Below are positions 46,943-55,572 of a stretch of DNA of 64,000 nt, in pieces. The stretch comes from Azonexus sp. (GTDB taxonomy: Bacteria; Pseudomonadota; Gammaproteobacteria; Burkholderiales; Rhodocyclaceae). The notes under the pieces are model-generated. The model ran no database searches. It was given only the letters and a program-made list of their open reading frames with translations, and was not told the origin of the DNA. Within the stretch, counting starts at the first letter, position 1. Every line of letters starts with the position of its first letter. The stretch is taken from contig NZ_JAYREB010000003.1 in the NCBI RefSeq assembly GCF_041909095.1, positions 136,826-200,825 on the forward strand, in the 5' to 3' direction. Position numbers and translations under genes: made by a program.

Positions 46943-48049
46943 ATGAGCAAAACAACTTCTTCTCCTTCGCAGGCCGTGCGCCTGCCGCCGGAGCAACGTT
47001 ACGCCGATGAACTGGCGCGGCTCGCCGAACATGATGGCGAGCCGCGCCCGGCCGGCTGGAAACTGTCGCCCAAGGCGGTGCGCCGCTTCATCATCGGCGA
47101 TGAAAAACTGGGCGTGACGCGCAAGTTCTACGGCGACGATCCGCTGGTCGACCGCGCCATCGTCACCTTGATGGGCCATCAGGGCCTGATGCTGGTCGGC
47201 GAGCCGGGGACCGCCAAATCGCTGTTGTCGGAGTTGCTGTCCACCGCCATCAGCGGCGATTCCGGCCTGACTGTGCAAGGGACGGCCGGCACCACCGAGG
47301 ATCACCTGAAATACAGTTGGAACTACGCGCTGCTGCTCGCCGAGGGGCCGAGCCAGCGGGCGCTGGTGCCGTCGCCGTTGTATCAGGGCATGCGCCAGGG
47401 CAAGATCGTCCGCTTCGAGGAAATCACCCGCTGTCCGCCGGAAATCCAGGACGTGATGATTTCCCTGCTCAGCGACAAGCAGTTGATGGTGCCGGAACTG
47501 GGCGACGACGCCCGCCTGCATGCGCAACGTGGCTTCAACGTCATCGCCACCGCCAACCTGCGTGACCGGGGCGTGCATGAGATGTCCTCAGCCTTGAAGC
47601 GGCGTTTCAATTTCGAGACGGTGCGGCCGATTCGCGACCATGCCTTCGAGGTCGAACTGGTCACCGCACAGGTGCAGCGCGAAATGGTCGGCAGCGGCGC
47701 GGCGGTGGCCTTGCCGCAGGATGTCGTGGCGCTGCTGGTGACGACCTTCCAGGAATTGCGCGCCAGCCAGACCAAGGACGGCGTGGCGCTGAAGAGTCTG
47801 GATACGGTGATGTCCACCGCCGAGGCGGTCAACGTGGTCTATGCGGCGGCGCTGGAGGCGCAGCATTTCAACGGTGGCAAGCTGACGGCGCGCGAGATTG
47901 CCGGGCAGTTGCAGGGCGTCGTCCTCAAGGACAGCCTCGACGACGCCAAGCGCGTGCGCCACTATTTCGAGACCGTGGTGCGCGAGCGCGGCAAGCGCGA
48001 CGGCAACTGGAAGGCCTTTCACGACGCGGCGCGGGCACTGTGGCAATAG
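46943..48049 (+). CDS. MoxR-class AAA+ ATPase (AAA_5-type), YehL-like
   Basis: Walker A LVGEPGTAKS, Walker B-like IVRFEEI, VIATANLRDRG...SSALKRRF. The 368-aa single-AAA architecture is typical of MoxR-family partners of vWA proteins. Confidence 0.88.
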   Translation: MSKTTSSPSQAVRLPPEQRYADELARLAEHDGEPRPAGWKLSPKAVRRFIIGDEKLGVTRKFYGDDPLVDRAIVTLMGHQGLMLVGEPGTAKSLLSELLSTAISGDSGLTVQGTAGTTEDHLKYSWNYALLLAEGPSQRALVPSPLYQGMRQGKIVRFEEITRCPPEIQDVMISLLSDKQLMVPELGDDARLHAQRGFNVIATANLRDRGVHEMSSALKRRFNFETVRPIRDHAFEVELVTAQVQREMVGSGAAVALPQDVVALLVTTFQELRASQTKDGVALKSLDTVMSTAEAVNVVYAAALEAQHFNGGKLTAREIAGQLQGVVLKDSLDDAKRVRHYFETVVRERGKRDGNWKAFHDAARALWQ

Positions 48050-50550
48050 AAACAAGCGAATTGCCGCGCGAACTACGGGCCGCGCAGGCCGAACTGGCCG
48101 GGTGCGATGGCCTGTATTTCGCGCCGGTGCGGCATCACAGCCCGGCCTGTACGCTGGCCTTGCGGCATTTGCTGCACGAGGTGCGGCCGAGCGTCGTCCT
48201 GGTCGAGGGACCGGACGATCTCGATCACCTGCTGCCCCTGTTGCAGGACGAGCGCACCCGGGCGCCGGTCGCCTGGTTGTGCCAGAGCGGGCAGGCGGCG
48301 GCCGGCCGCGACGAAGCAGCAACGGAGGACGGAGATGATGCCGGCGACGACGAGACCGAACGGCCGGCGATGCGCACCTCCTTCTTCCCGTTCTGCGATT
48401 ACAGCCCGGAATGGCTGGCCATCCGCGAGGGGGCGGCGCTCGGCGCGCAGGTCGCGCTGATCGATCTGCCCTGGGCGCACAAGGCCTGGCAGGCCGAGCA
48501 CGACGCCGCCGGCCTGAGCCTGATGCATGAGCGGCATTACGCACACAGCCGCTATCTCAAGGCGATGGCTGCTCGCCTGGGCTGCGTCGACCATCACGAA
48601 CTGTGGGACCGCCTGTTCGAACTGCGTTCGCCGGCCGCGCTGGCCGACTGGCGGGGATTCTTTGCCGACGTCTTCGCCTGGTCGGCGATGGCGCGCCAGG
48701 ACTACGAGCCGGAAGTGCTCGAAGCCGAACTCAGCCTGCCGCGCGAACGCCAGATGGCGGCGCATATCCGCGCCTGGCGGGAAAAGTGCACCGGCAACAT
48801 CGTCGTCGTCACCGGCGGTTTCCATACCCAGGAGCTGATTTCCCGCTGGCGTCAGGCTGGCCGGCCGGAGAAACTGCCGGCCAGCGCGTCGGCGGAAGGG
48901 GGCGCCTGGCTGATCCGCTATGCCTTCGAGAGCCTGGATGCCTTGAACGGCTATTCGGCAGGGATGCCTTCGCCGGCCTATTACCAGCAGCTCTGGGAAG
49001 CCTTGCAGACTGCCGATGACGATCCCTGGCAGCGCATCGCGGTCGATCTCCTGAGCCGCTTCGCCCGCCAGCAACGCGACGTAGACCAGGCCGACGCCGC
49101 GTCGACCGCGCTGGTCCAGGAGGCCGTGTTGCAGGCCACGCGGCTGGCCCAGTTGCGCGGCAACGCCGGGCCGGGACGGCAGGATGTGCAGGACGCCATC
49201 CGTTCCTGTTTCGTCAAGGGGGCGGATGACGATGGTACGCGCGGCATGCTTGGCGACTTGCGCCGCTTTCTGGCCGGGACGCGCATCGGCGACGTGCCGC
49301 CCGGCGCCGGATCGCCGCCGCTGGTCGAGGATGTTCGCCGCCAGGCGAGGTCGCTCGGCTTGCAGCTTGACGACAGTGTGCCGCGCAAGGTCCGTCTCGA
49401 CCTTTATCGCAAGCCGTCACATCGTCTGCGCAGCCGCTTCTTCCACGCGATGCGTTATCTCGAATGCCCGCTGGTCCGCCATCTGAGCGGCCCGGATTTT
49501 TACGGCAACGCCCAGTTGCACCTGCTGTTCGAAGAATGGGAGGTGGCCTGGTCGCCGCTGGTCGATGCGCGCCTGATCGAACTGAGCAGCGCTGGCGCCA
49601 GCCTTGAAGCGGTGTGCCTGCAACGCCTGGAGGACGATGCCCGCGCCCTCGAAACGGCGGGCGCGACGCGCAGTGCCAGCGCCGCCGTCGGCCTCCTGCT
49701 GCGCGCCTGCCTGATCGGTTTGCACAGGCGTCTGCCGCAGCTGTTCGAACTGCTGTCGACGCAGCTTGACGAAGATGCCTCGCTGGCCTCGGTGGTCGAT
49801 TGCGGTCATCGTCTGCTCACCCTCTGGCGCGCCCGCGAACCGCTCGGTGTCCAGGCGCATCCGTTGCTCGGCAGCCTGCTCGGCCGGGTCTGGCCGGCGG
49901 CGATGTTCCTGCTTTCGGAAATCGTCTGGAGCGATCCGGACACGGCAGACGAGCGTATCGGTCAGCTGCTTGCCCTGCGCGAACTGGGGAAGCTGCTCGA
50001 AAATACGGAATTCCACGGGCAAGCGGAAAAATTGATCGATTTTGCCATCCTCCACGCCCGGCTCGTGGCTCTGCTCGCCGATCCAGCCACGGCGCCAGGC
50101 ATCGCCGGCGCGGCCGCCGCCATGCTGTTTCTCGACGGTCTCGGCGACGAAGCGCGGCTCGAGCAGCAGCTTCTGCTGCATTTTTCGCCCGGCGTGCCCG
50201 AACACCACGCCGTGCGTTTTCTCGGTGGTTTGATGCAGGCAGCGCCGGAACTGCTCCTGCGCCTGCCGTCCATGCTGCAGCGGCTGGACCGCTTGATCGC
50301 GGCCTGGGAGGGCGAGGATTTCATCGCCCATCTGCCCGATCTGCGCTTTGCCTTCACCCGCCTGAAGCCGCAGGAAAGCGCCCGGCTGGCGGAAACGATC
50401 GTGGCGTTGCATGGTCACGGGCCGGAAGCCGCCGCCAGCTTGTTGCCCTGGCATGGCGAAGTCAGCGAGGCCGATCTGATGGCGGGCAGTCGCCTGCAGC
50501 AGGTGCTGGCGCATGAGTTGAACCGGGACGGCCTGGGGGCCTGGATTTAG
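48040..50550 (+). CDS. Large uncharacterised protein, DUF5682/YehM-like
   Basis: 836 aa. GTG 48040 overlaps the AAA+ stop by 10 nt. The assignment rests mainly on its position directly downstream of the YehL-like ATPase and its size. I saw no catalytic motif. Confidence 0.5.
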   Translation: MAIETSELPRELRAAQAELAGCDGLYFAPVRHHSPACTLALRHLLHEVRPSVVLVEGPDDLDHLLPLLQDERTRAPVAWLCQSGQAAAGRDEAATEDGDDAGDDETERPAMRTSFFPFCDYSPEWLAIREGAALGAQVALIDLPWAHKAWQAEHDAAGLSLMHERHYAHSRYLKAMAARLGCVDHHELWDRLFELRSPAALADWRGFFADVFAWSAMARQDYEPEVLEAELSLPRERQMAAHIRAWREKCTGNIVVVTGGFHTQELISRWRQAGRPEKLPASASAEGGAWLIRYAFESLDALNGYSAGMPSPAYYQQLWEALQTADDDPWQRIAVDLLSRFARQQRDVDQADAASTALVQEAVLQATRLAQLRGNAGPGRQDVQDAIRSCFVKGADDDGTRGMLGDLRRFLAGTRIGDVPPGAGSPPLVEDVRRQARSLGLQLDDSVPRKVRLDLYRKPSHRLRSRFFHAMRYLECPLVRHLSGPDFYGNAQLHLLFEEWEVAWSPLVDARLIELSSAGASLEAVCLQRLEDDARALETAGATRSASAAVGLLLRACLIGLHRRLPQLFELLSTQLDEDASLASVVDCGHRLLTLWRAREPLGVQAHPLLGSLLGRVWPAAMFLLSEIVWSDPDTADERIGQLLALRELGKLLENTEFHGQAEKLIDFAILHARLVALLADPATAPGIAGAAAAMLFLDGLGDEARLEQQLLLHFSPGVPEHHAVRFLGGLMQAAPELLLRLPSMLQRLDRLIAAWEGEDFIAHLPDLRFAFTRLKPQESARLAETIVALHGHGPEAAASLLPWHGEVSEADLMAGSRLQQVLAHELNRDGLGAWI

Positions 50551-50555
50551 GCTGC

Positions 50556-50598
50556 CACGGTCAACCGGAAAAAACGCCGTTTTTTCCGGTTGACCGTG
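50556..50598. terminator. Perfect 21-nt-arm palindrome closing the cluster, between convergent yehM-like and ackA genes
   Basis: CACGGTCAACCGGAAAAAACG-C-CGTTTTTTCCGGTTGACCGTG. The internal A6/T6 runs make it a plausible bidirectional terminator. Its arms recur at 35799-35815 and 43027-43046. Confidence 0.65.
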
Positions 50599-50610
50599 CG
50601 AGTACTCGAG

Positions 50611-51792
50611 TTACAAGGCGAGCAGCGTCTGCGCGTGGTGCGCCATCATCCATTCTTCGTTGGTCGGGATGACCAGCACGTCGACACTGCTGGTGCCGGC
50701 GCTGATGTGCAGGTCATGGCGGGCGTTGGCTTCCGGGTTGAGCAGGATGCCCAGCCACTGCGATTGTAGGCAGACGCGGCGGCGCACTTCGGCGGCGTGT
50801 TCGCCGATGCCGCCGGTGAACACCAGCGCATCGAGGCCACCGGCTGCTGCGGCCAGCGAACCGAGTTCGCGGGCGATGCGGTAGCAGAAGAGATCGACGG
50901 CTTCCTGCGCTTCCGGCTTGTCGCTGGCGAGCAGGGTGCGCATGTCCTGGCTGATGCCGGAGACGCCGAGCAGGCCGGATTCCTTGTAGAGCATTTTGGT
51001 CATGTCCTTGACCGACAGGTTCTTGGTTTCCATCAGATGCAGCACGACGCCGGGGTCGAGATTGCCGCAGCGCGTGCCCATGACCAGACCGTCGATGGTC
51101 GAGAAACCGAGCGTCGTGGCGACGCACTTGCGATTGACCATGGCCGCCATGCTGGCGCCGTTGCCGAGGTGGGCGACGACGACGCGGCCGGTGGCGCGGC
51201 TGGAGTGCTGGGGCAGGGCGCGGGCGATGAACTCGTAGGACAGGCCGTGGAAGCCGTAGCGCTTGATGCCTTCGGCGGTGATGCTGCGCGGCAGGCCGAA
51301 GGTCTGGGCGACTTCCGGCTGGCTGCGGTGGAAGGCGGTGTCGAAACAGGCAACTTGCGGCACGCTGGGGAGCAGGGCTTGCAGGGCGATGATGCCGGCG
51401 ACGTTGTGTGGTTCGTGCAGCGGGGCGAGGGGAATGAAGCTGGTCAGGTGGGCGAGGACGGTGTCGTCGATGATGGTCGGCTGCGAGTAACGCTCACCGC
51501 CATGCACGACGCGATGGCCGACGGCGACGATCTGCCAGTTGGCGTGGCTGGCGGTGAACCACTTGAGCAGGGCATCGAAGGCCTGGGCATGGCTGACCTT
51601 GCTGCCTTCCAGCGTCTGGTCGGCGATATGTTTGCCGGCGCGATTCCTGGCCAGCATTTTGGTGGATTCGGCGCCGATGCCGTCGATCTGGCCGGAGACT
51701 TCGGCGTCGGGCGAAATGGGATGATCGAGCGAAAAGAGCGCGAACTTGATCGACGACGATCCGGCATTGATCGTCAGGATGCCTTTTTTCAT
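50611..51792 (-). CDS. ackA: Acetate (propionate) kinase
   Basis: [46 protein letters not shown]. Confidence 0.95.
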   Translation of the reverse strand: MKKGILTINAGSSSIKFALFSLDHPISPDAEVSGQIDGIGAESTKMLARNRAGKHIADQTLEGSKVSHAQAFDALLKWFTASHANWQIVAVGHRVVHGGERYSQPTIIDDTVLAHLTSFIPLAPLHEPHNVAGIIALQALLPSVPQVACFDTAFHRSQPEVAQTFGLPRSITAEGIKRYGFHGLSYEFIARALPQHSSRATGRVVVAHLGNGASMAAMVNRKCVATTLGFSTIDGLVMGTRCGNLDPGVVLHLMETKNLSVKDMTKMLYKESGLLGVSGISQDMRTLLASDKPEAQEAVDLFCYRIARELGSLAAAAGGLDALVFTGGIGEHAAEVRRRVCLQSQWLGILLNPEANARHDLHISAGTSSVDVLVIPTNEEWMMAHHAQTLLAL

Positions 51793-51794
51793 GT

Positions 51795-53204
51795 TCAGAG
51801 AGTTCCCTTGTTGCGGTTGGCGTGGGCGAGCAGGGCAGCGATCACGCAGGACGCGGTACGCGTCTCCGCCGTGTCGGCGCGGCTGGTGAGGACGATGGGG
51901 ACTTTGGTGCCGAGCACGATGCCGGCGGTCAGCGCGTTGGCCAGGTATTCGAGCTGCTTGGCCACCATGTTGCCGGATTCGAGGTCGGGGACGACAAGGA
52001 TTTCGGCATGGCCGGCCACCGCCGACTTGATGCCCTTGGTGCGGGCGGCGACGAGGGAAATGGCATTGTCGAAGGCGAGCGGGCCGTCCAGCAGGCCGCC
52101 CTTGATCTGGCCGCGGTCAGCCATCTTGCACAGGGCGGCGGCGTCGAGGGTGGACTGGATTTTCGGGTTGACCGTCTCGACCGCCGAGAGGATCGCCACC
52201 TTGGGTTCGGGGATGTCGAGGATGTGGGCGAGGTCGATCGCGTTGCGGATGATGTCGGCCTTTTCCTCCAGCGTCGGCGCGATGTTGATCGCCGCGTCGG
52301 TGATCAGCAGGGGGCGGTGGTAGGTCGGCACGTCCATGACGAAGACGTGGCTGATGCGGCGGTTGGTACGCAGGCCGTTGGCGCGGGCGACGACTTCGCT
52401 CATCAGTTCGTCGGTATGCAGGCTGCCCTTCATCAGGGCTTCGGCGTCGCCGGTCTTGACCAGCGATACGGCAAGCGCCGCCGAATCGTGGCTGTGTGCG
52501 GCGTTGACGATGCGGATGCCGGAGAGGTCGATGGCGAATTCCTCGGCGATGGCGCGGATCTTGTTTTCCGGGCCGACCAGGATGGGTTCGATGATGCCGG
52601 CCTGGAAGGCGATCACCGGCCCGCGCAGCGATTCGTGGTCGCAGGGGTGAGCGACCGCGGTCGGAATCGGCTCCAGCCCCTTCACTCGCGACAGCAACTG
52701 GGTGTAACGGGCGTGCTTGTCGTCGATGTGGATTTCCGGCGCCTGCATTTCCTGCAGGCGCGACACCTTTTCGCTCGGTGCCAGCACTTCCGCCGTGCCT
52801 CTGACCACCGGCAGACCTTCCTGATTGGAGCAGACACAGTCGAAGAGGATGTGCCGGTTGTGGTCGAACTTTTGCCTCACCGTGACGGTGATGACGATGC
52901 GGTCGCCGATCGTCACCGGCCGTGCGAAATGCAGTGCCTGGTCGACCAGGATCGTGCCCGGCCCGGGAAACTGGGTGGCCAGCACGGTCGAGATCAAGGA
53001 GCCGCTCCACATGCCGTGGGCGATCGCCTCGCGGAACATGCCGCTTTCCGAATACTTGGGATCAATCGTCGCCGGGTTGATGTCGCCGGTCAGGATGGCG
53101 AACAGCTTGACGTCTTCCGGCATCAAGGTGCGGGTCAGGCTGGCGCTGTCGCCGACCGCGATTTCGTCGTAGGTCTTGTTGCTCAGGTAACGGGCTTCGG
53201 GCAT
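51795..53204 (-). CDS. pta: Bifunctional MaoC-like enoyl-CoA hydratase / phosphate acetyl(butyryl)transferase
   Basis: N-terminal hot-dog/MaoC fold (TGDINPATIDPKY...AHGMWSGSLIS) fused to a PTA_PTB domain (EALMKGSLHTDELM, LITDAAIN, LDGPLAFDNA, ILVVPDLESGN). ATG 53204. Confidence 0.9.
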   Translation of the reverse strand: MPEARYLSNKTYDEIAVGDSASLTRTLMPEDVKLFAILTGDINPATIDPKYSESGMFREAIAHGMWSGSLISTVLATQFPGPGTILVDQALHFARPVTIGDRIVITVTVRQKFDHNRHILFDCVCSNQEGLPVVRGTAEVLAPSEKVSRLQEMQAPEIHIDDKHARYTQLLSRVKGLEPIPTAVAHPCDHESLRGPVIAFQAGIIEPILVGPENKIRAIAEEFAIDLSGIRIVNAAHSHDSAALAVSLVKTGDAEALMKGSLHTDELMSEVVARANGLRTNRRISHVFVMDVPTYHRPLLITDAAINIAPTLEEKADIIRNAIDLAHILDIPEPKVAILSAVETVNPKIQSTLDAAALCKMADRGQIKGGLLDGPLAFDNAISLVAARTKGIKSAVAGHAEILVVPDLESGNMVAKQLEYLANALTAGIVLGTKVPIVLTSRADTAETRTASCVIAALLAHANRNKGTL

Positions 53205-53226
53205 CTTGCTGCTCCAGCGGTCAGGT

Positions 53227-53709
53227 TCAGGCGCGCGCGCTGGTGCGCCGTTCGCGGGCGGCCAGCGGCGACGGAATGTCGATTGCCATGCCCGGGTGCA
53301 GCGCCTGCAGGCTGTCGACCACCCAGAGATTGGCTTCGTAGGTAAATTCGCGGGCTTCCAGCGGGGCGCCGGTGGCGGCCTCGACGAACAGTGCGACTGC
53401 GGCCGAGCGGCTGACGCCATATTCGCAATGGACCATCATCGACATCTCGAACGGCGCGCCGTGAATCTCGCGCACGAACTCGTCGACGCGGCGCGCCATG
53501 GTCCGGTCGAAGAGGCCGGGCAGCGGCGGCATGTATTCGTCAGCCGGCACCGCGTCGAAGAAGGAGAGGCGCAGCACGTGGCGGAACAGCGGGTCGAGCC
53601 GGGCTTGCGGCGTCGTCGGGTCGGTGATCGAGATCACCGCCATGTAGGGGTTGCCGGAAAGCGATTCGGCGAGCTTGCGCGAGGTGTAAAAGACGCGGTT
53701 GATGGTCAT
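53227..53709 (-). CDS. Small Cys-based phosphatase-like protein (HCX5R signature)
   Basis: MMVHCEYGVSRSAAVALFV contains the H-C-x5-R-S P-loop of the protein-tyrosine/dual-specificity phosphatase superfamily; 160 aa. Confidence 0.5.
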   Translation of the reverse strand: MTINRVFYTSRKLAESLSGNPYMAVISITDPTTPQARLDPLFRHVLRLSFFDAVPADEYMPPLPGLFDRTMARRVDEFVREIHGAPFEMSMMVHCEYGVSRSAAVALFVEAATGAPLEAREFTYEANLWVVDSLQALHPGMAIDIPSPLAARERRTSARA

Positions 53710-53740
53710 CGTGGGCCTGTTCCGGGAAAAAGGCGAAAGG

Positions 53741-54319
53741 TCATTCCATGAAGACGGGGTCGGAGAAGACCAGCGTGCCGTCCTTGCGCATCATCAGGTT
53801 GTCCGCCTTGATCAGGTCGGGCAGGGCGCCGTACTCGCCGGAAAAGGTCTCCAGTGCCTGCAGCGACTCGCGTACCGTATCGGCCCAGCCCATCGGCGTT
53901 GCGCTCAGGTGGTGCAGCGCGATGCGGCCCATGTCCTGGGCCAGGTTGCGCCACATCATGCAGGCATCGAAATAGGCGGTCGAAATCTTGGTCGCTACCT
54001 CGGCCGTCTCGCCGCTGCCGGGCAGCGGATAGAGCCGCTCCACCTCGACGATGTGGAAAGGGAAGCCGCGACTCGACTTGCCGGCGGTGCCATGGTCGGC
54101 GTAGACGATAGGGAAGTGGCAGCCGGTCGGCCGGTCGGGCGCCGTGCAGTAGGCGTAGTCGGTCGGCGAGGAGAGGATCTTGTACACCCTTTCCTGGCCG
54201 TCGACGGTATCCGCCTCGACGACGATGGTACTTTCGCCGCGACCGATTTCCTTCCTGCCCTTGAGCAGGGGATGGTCGGGAACGGGGTCGGGAATGATCG
54301 GGGTTGTCGGTTCGCTCAT
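53741..54319 (-). CDS. Hypothetical protein with a weak protein-kinase-like pattern
   Basis: GRGESTIVVEA (Gly-rich loop-like), VYKIL (VAIK-like Lys), LPDLIKADNLMMRKDGTLVFSDP (catalytic-loop D..K..N plus a DFG-position SDP). The start is uncertain: ATG 54319 chosen, the ORF extends to 54367. Confidence 0.3.
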   Translation of the reverse strand: MSEPTTPIIPDPVPDHPLLKGRKEIGRGESTIVVEADTVDGQERVYKILSSPTDYAYCTAPDRPTGCHFPIVYADHGTAGKSSRGFPFHIVEVERLYPLPGSGETAEVATKISTAYFDACMMWRNLAQDMGRIALHHLSATPMGWADTVRESLQALETFSGEYGALPDLIKADNLMMRKDGTLVFSDPVFME

Positions 54320-54389
54320 GTCGTATCCGCCGTTTGGGGCAGGCATCAGCATAGCGCAGGACGACACCAGCCGTCCTGCGCTGCTGGCA

Positions 54390-55178
54390 TCAGGCGACGA
54401 TATGGGCGCCGGCGTCCACGTAGATGGTCTGCCCGGTCATGCCCGACGATCCCGAGGTGCACAGGAAGGCGGTCAGGGCGCCGACTTCGTCGATGGTCAC
54501 GGTGCGGCCGAGCGGCGCCTTCTGGGCGTCGGAGTCGAGCAGGTTGTTGAAGTTGGCGATGCCGGAAGCGGCACGCGTCATGATCGGGCCGGGCGACACG
54601 GCGAAGACGCGGATGCCCTTCGGACCCAGATCGTAGGCCATGTAGCGGACGGCCGATTCGAGCGCTGCCTTGATGATGCCCATCACGCCGTAGTTGCGCA
54701 CCACGCGCTCGGCGCCGAGGTAGGACATGGTAATCAGCGAACCGCCGTGCGCCATCAGCGGCTCCAGTGCCTTGGCCATGCGCAGGAAGCTGTGGCAGGA
54801 AACGTTCATCGCCGCATCGAAGCCGGCTTCGGAAGCGTCGATGACGCGGCCGTGCAGGTCGTCGGCGTTGCAGAAGGCCATCGAGTGGATGGCGAAGTCG
54901 ATTTCGCCGAAGGCTTCGCCACATTCGGCGATGACGCCTTCGAGGCAGCCCGGCTCGGCAACGTCGAGCTTGAGGAAGCGCTTGGCGCCGAGGGCTTCAG
55001 CCAGCGGCTGGGTGTATTTGGCGGTCTTCTCGTTCTGGTAGGTGATGGCGATTTCGCCACCGAGATCGACGATGGCACGGGCCACCGCGTAGGCGATCGA
55101 CTTGTCGTTGGCGATGCCGGTGACGATGCCCTTCTTGCCGGCCAGGGGCAGGGCGGTGGTGGTATTGCTGGAACTCAT
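54390..55178 (-). CDS. fabI: Enoyl-[acyl-carrier-protein] reductase (NADH)
   Basis: GKKGIVTGIANDKSIAY, SMAF, Y...K catalytic pair (YGVMGIIKAALE), SPGPIMT, GQTIYVDAG. Confidence 0.93.
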   Translation of the reverse strand: MSSSNTTTALPLAGKKGIVTGIANDKSIAYAVARAIVDLGGEIAITYQNEKTAKYTQPLAEALGAKRFLKLDVAEPGCLEGVIAECGEAFGEIDFAIHSMAFCNADDLHGRVIDASEAGFDAAMNVSCHSFLRMAKALEPLMAHGGSLITMSYLGAERVVRNYGVMGIIKAALESAVRYMAYDLGPKGIRVFAVSPGPIMTRAASGIANFNNLLDSDAQKAPLGRTVTIDEVGALTAFLCTSGSSGMTGQTIYVDAGAHIVA

Positions 55179-55445
55179 GGCTTGCCTCGCGGAGGGGTTG
55201 TCGTGAAAGCATTGGTGCGCATGTTGCGCTGCACCATGCGGCGCAGATTAGCACGTTTTGTCGCAAGCAAATGTGACGGGCTCCTGCGACTTTGTTGCAG
55301 CAAGGGAATTGGCGTTTCGCCATAAGCCAGGGCGAGGCTCGGCAAGTCGCCGGCGGCCCGGGGAAACGCAGCCCGGCAGCAGCGCGTGGCAGATGCTGCG
55401 CCGCGATGAAAAATTACTTCGGCATTGCCTGTTCTGCTGGAAAAG

Positions 55446-55459
55446 CTGATCTATATCAG
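55446..55459. promoter_or_regulatory. Candidate CRP/FNR-family operator upstream of hoxF
   Basis: CTGAT-CTAT-ATCAG: perfect 5-nt inverted half-sites with a 4-nt spacer, compared with the FNR consensus TTGAT-N4-ATCAA. Ends 114 nt upstream of the hoxF ATG. Confidence 0.35.
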
Positions 55460-55572
55460 TGGATTACGAAATTGTGACGGGGAATTTCCGGCGCTGACCT
55501 CGCGGTTTTTTGATCCAGCGCAAATCTGCGCCGGGACAAAGCACTAGAGTGTTGTGGTCTGTTTCCCTGGGG

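Noticed and set aside
31179-50600. Calling the MoxR/vWA block a mobile genomic island
   Set aside because: There is no integrase, transposase, tRNA target, flanking direct repeats or conjugation/phage genes in or next to it. Only the LRR gene shows a clear GC dip.
55387-55401. Sigma-54 promoter-like TGGCAG-N5-GCGC upstream of hoxF
   Set aside because: Only the GG and GC dinucleotides fit. The -12 region lacks the TTGC(A/T) context, and there is no enhancer-binding-protein gene adjacent.
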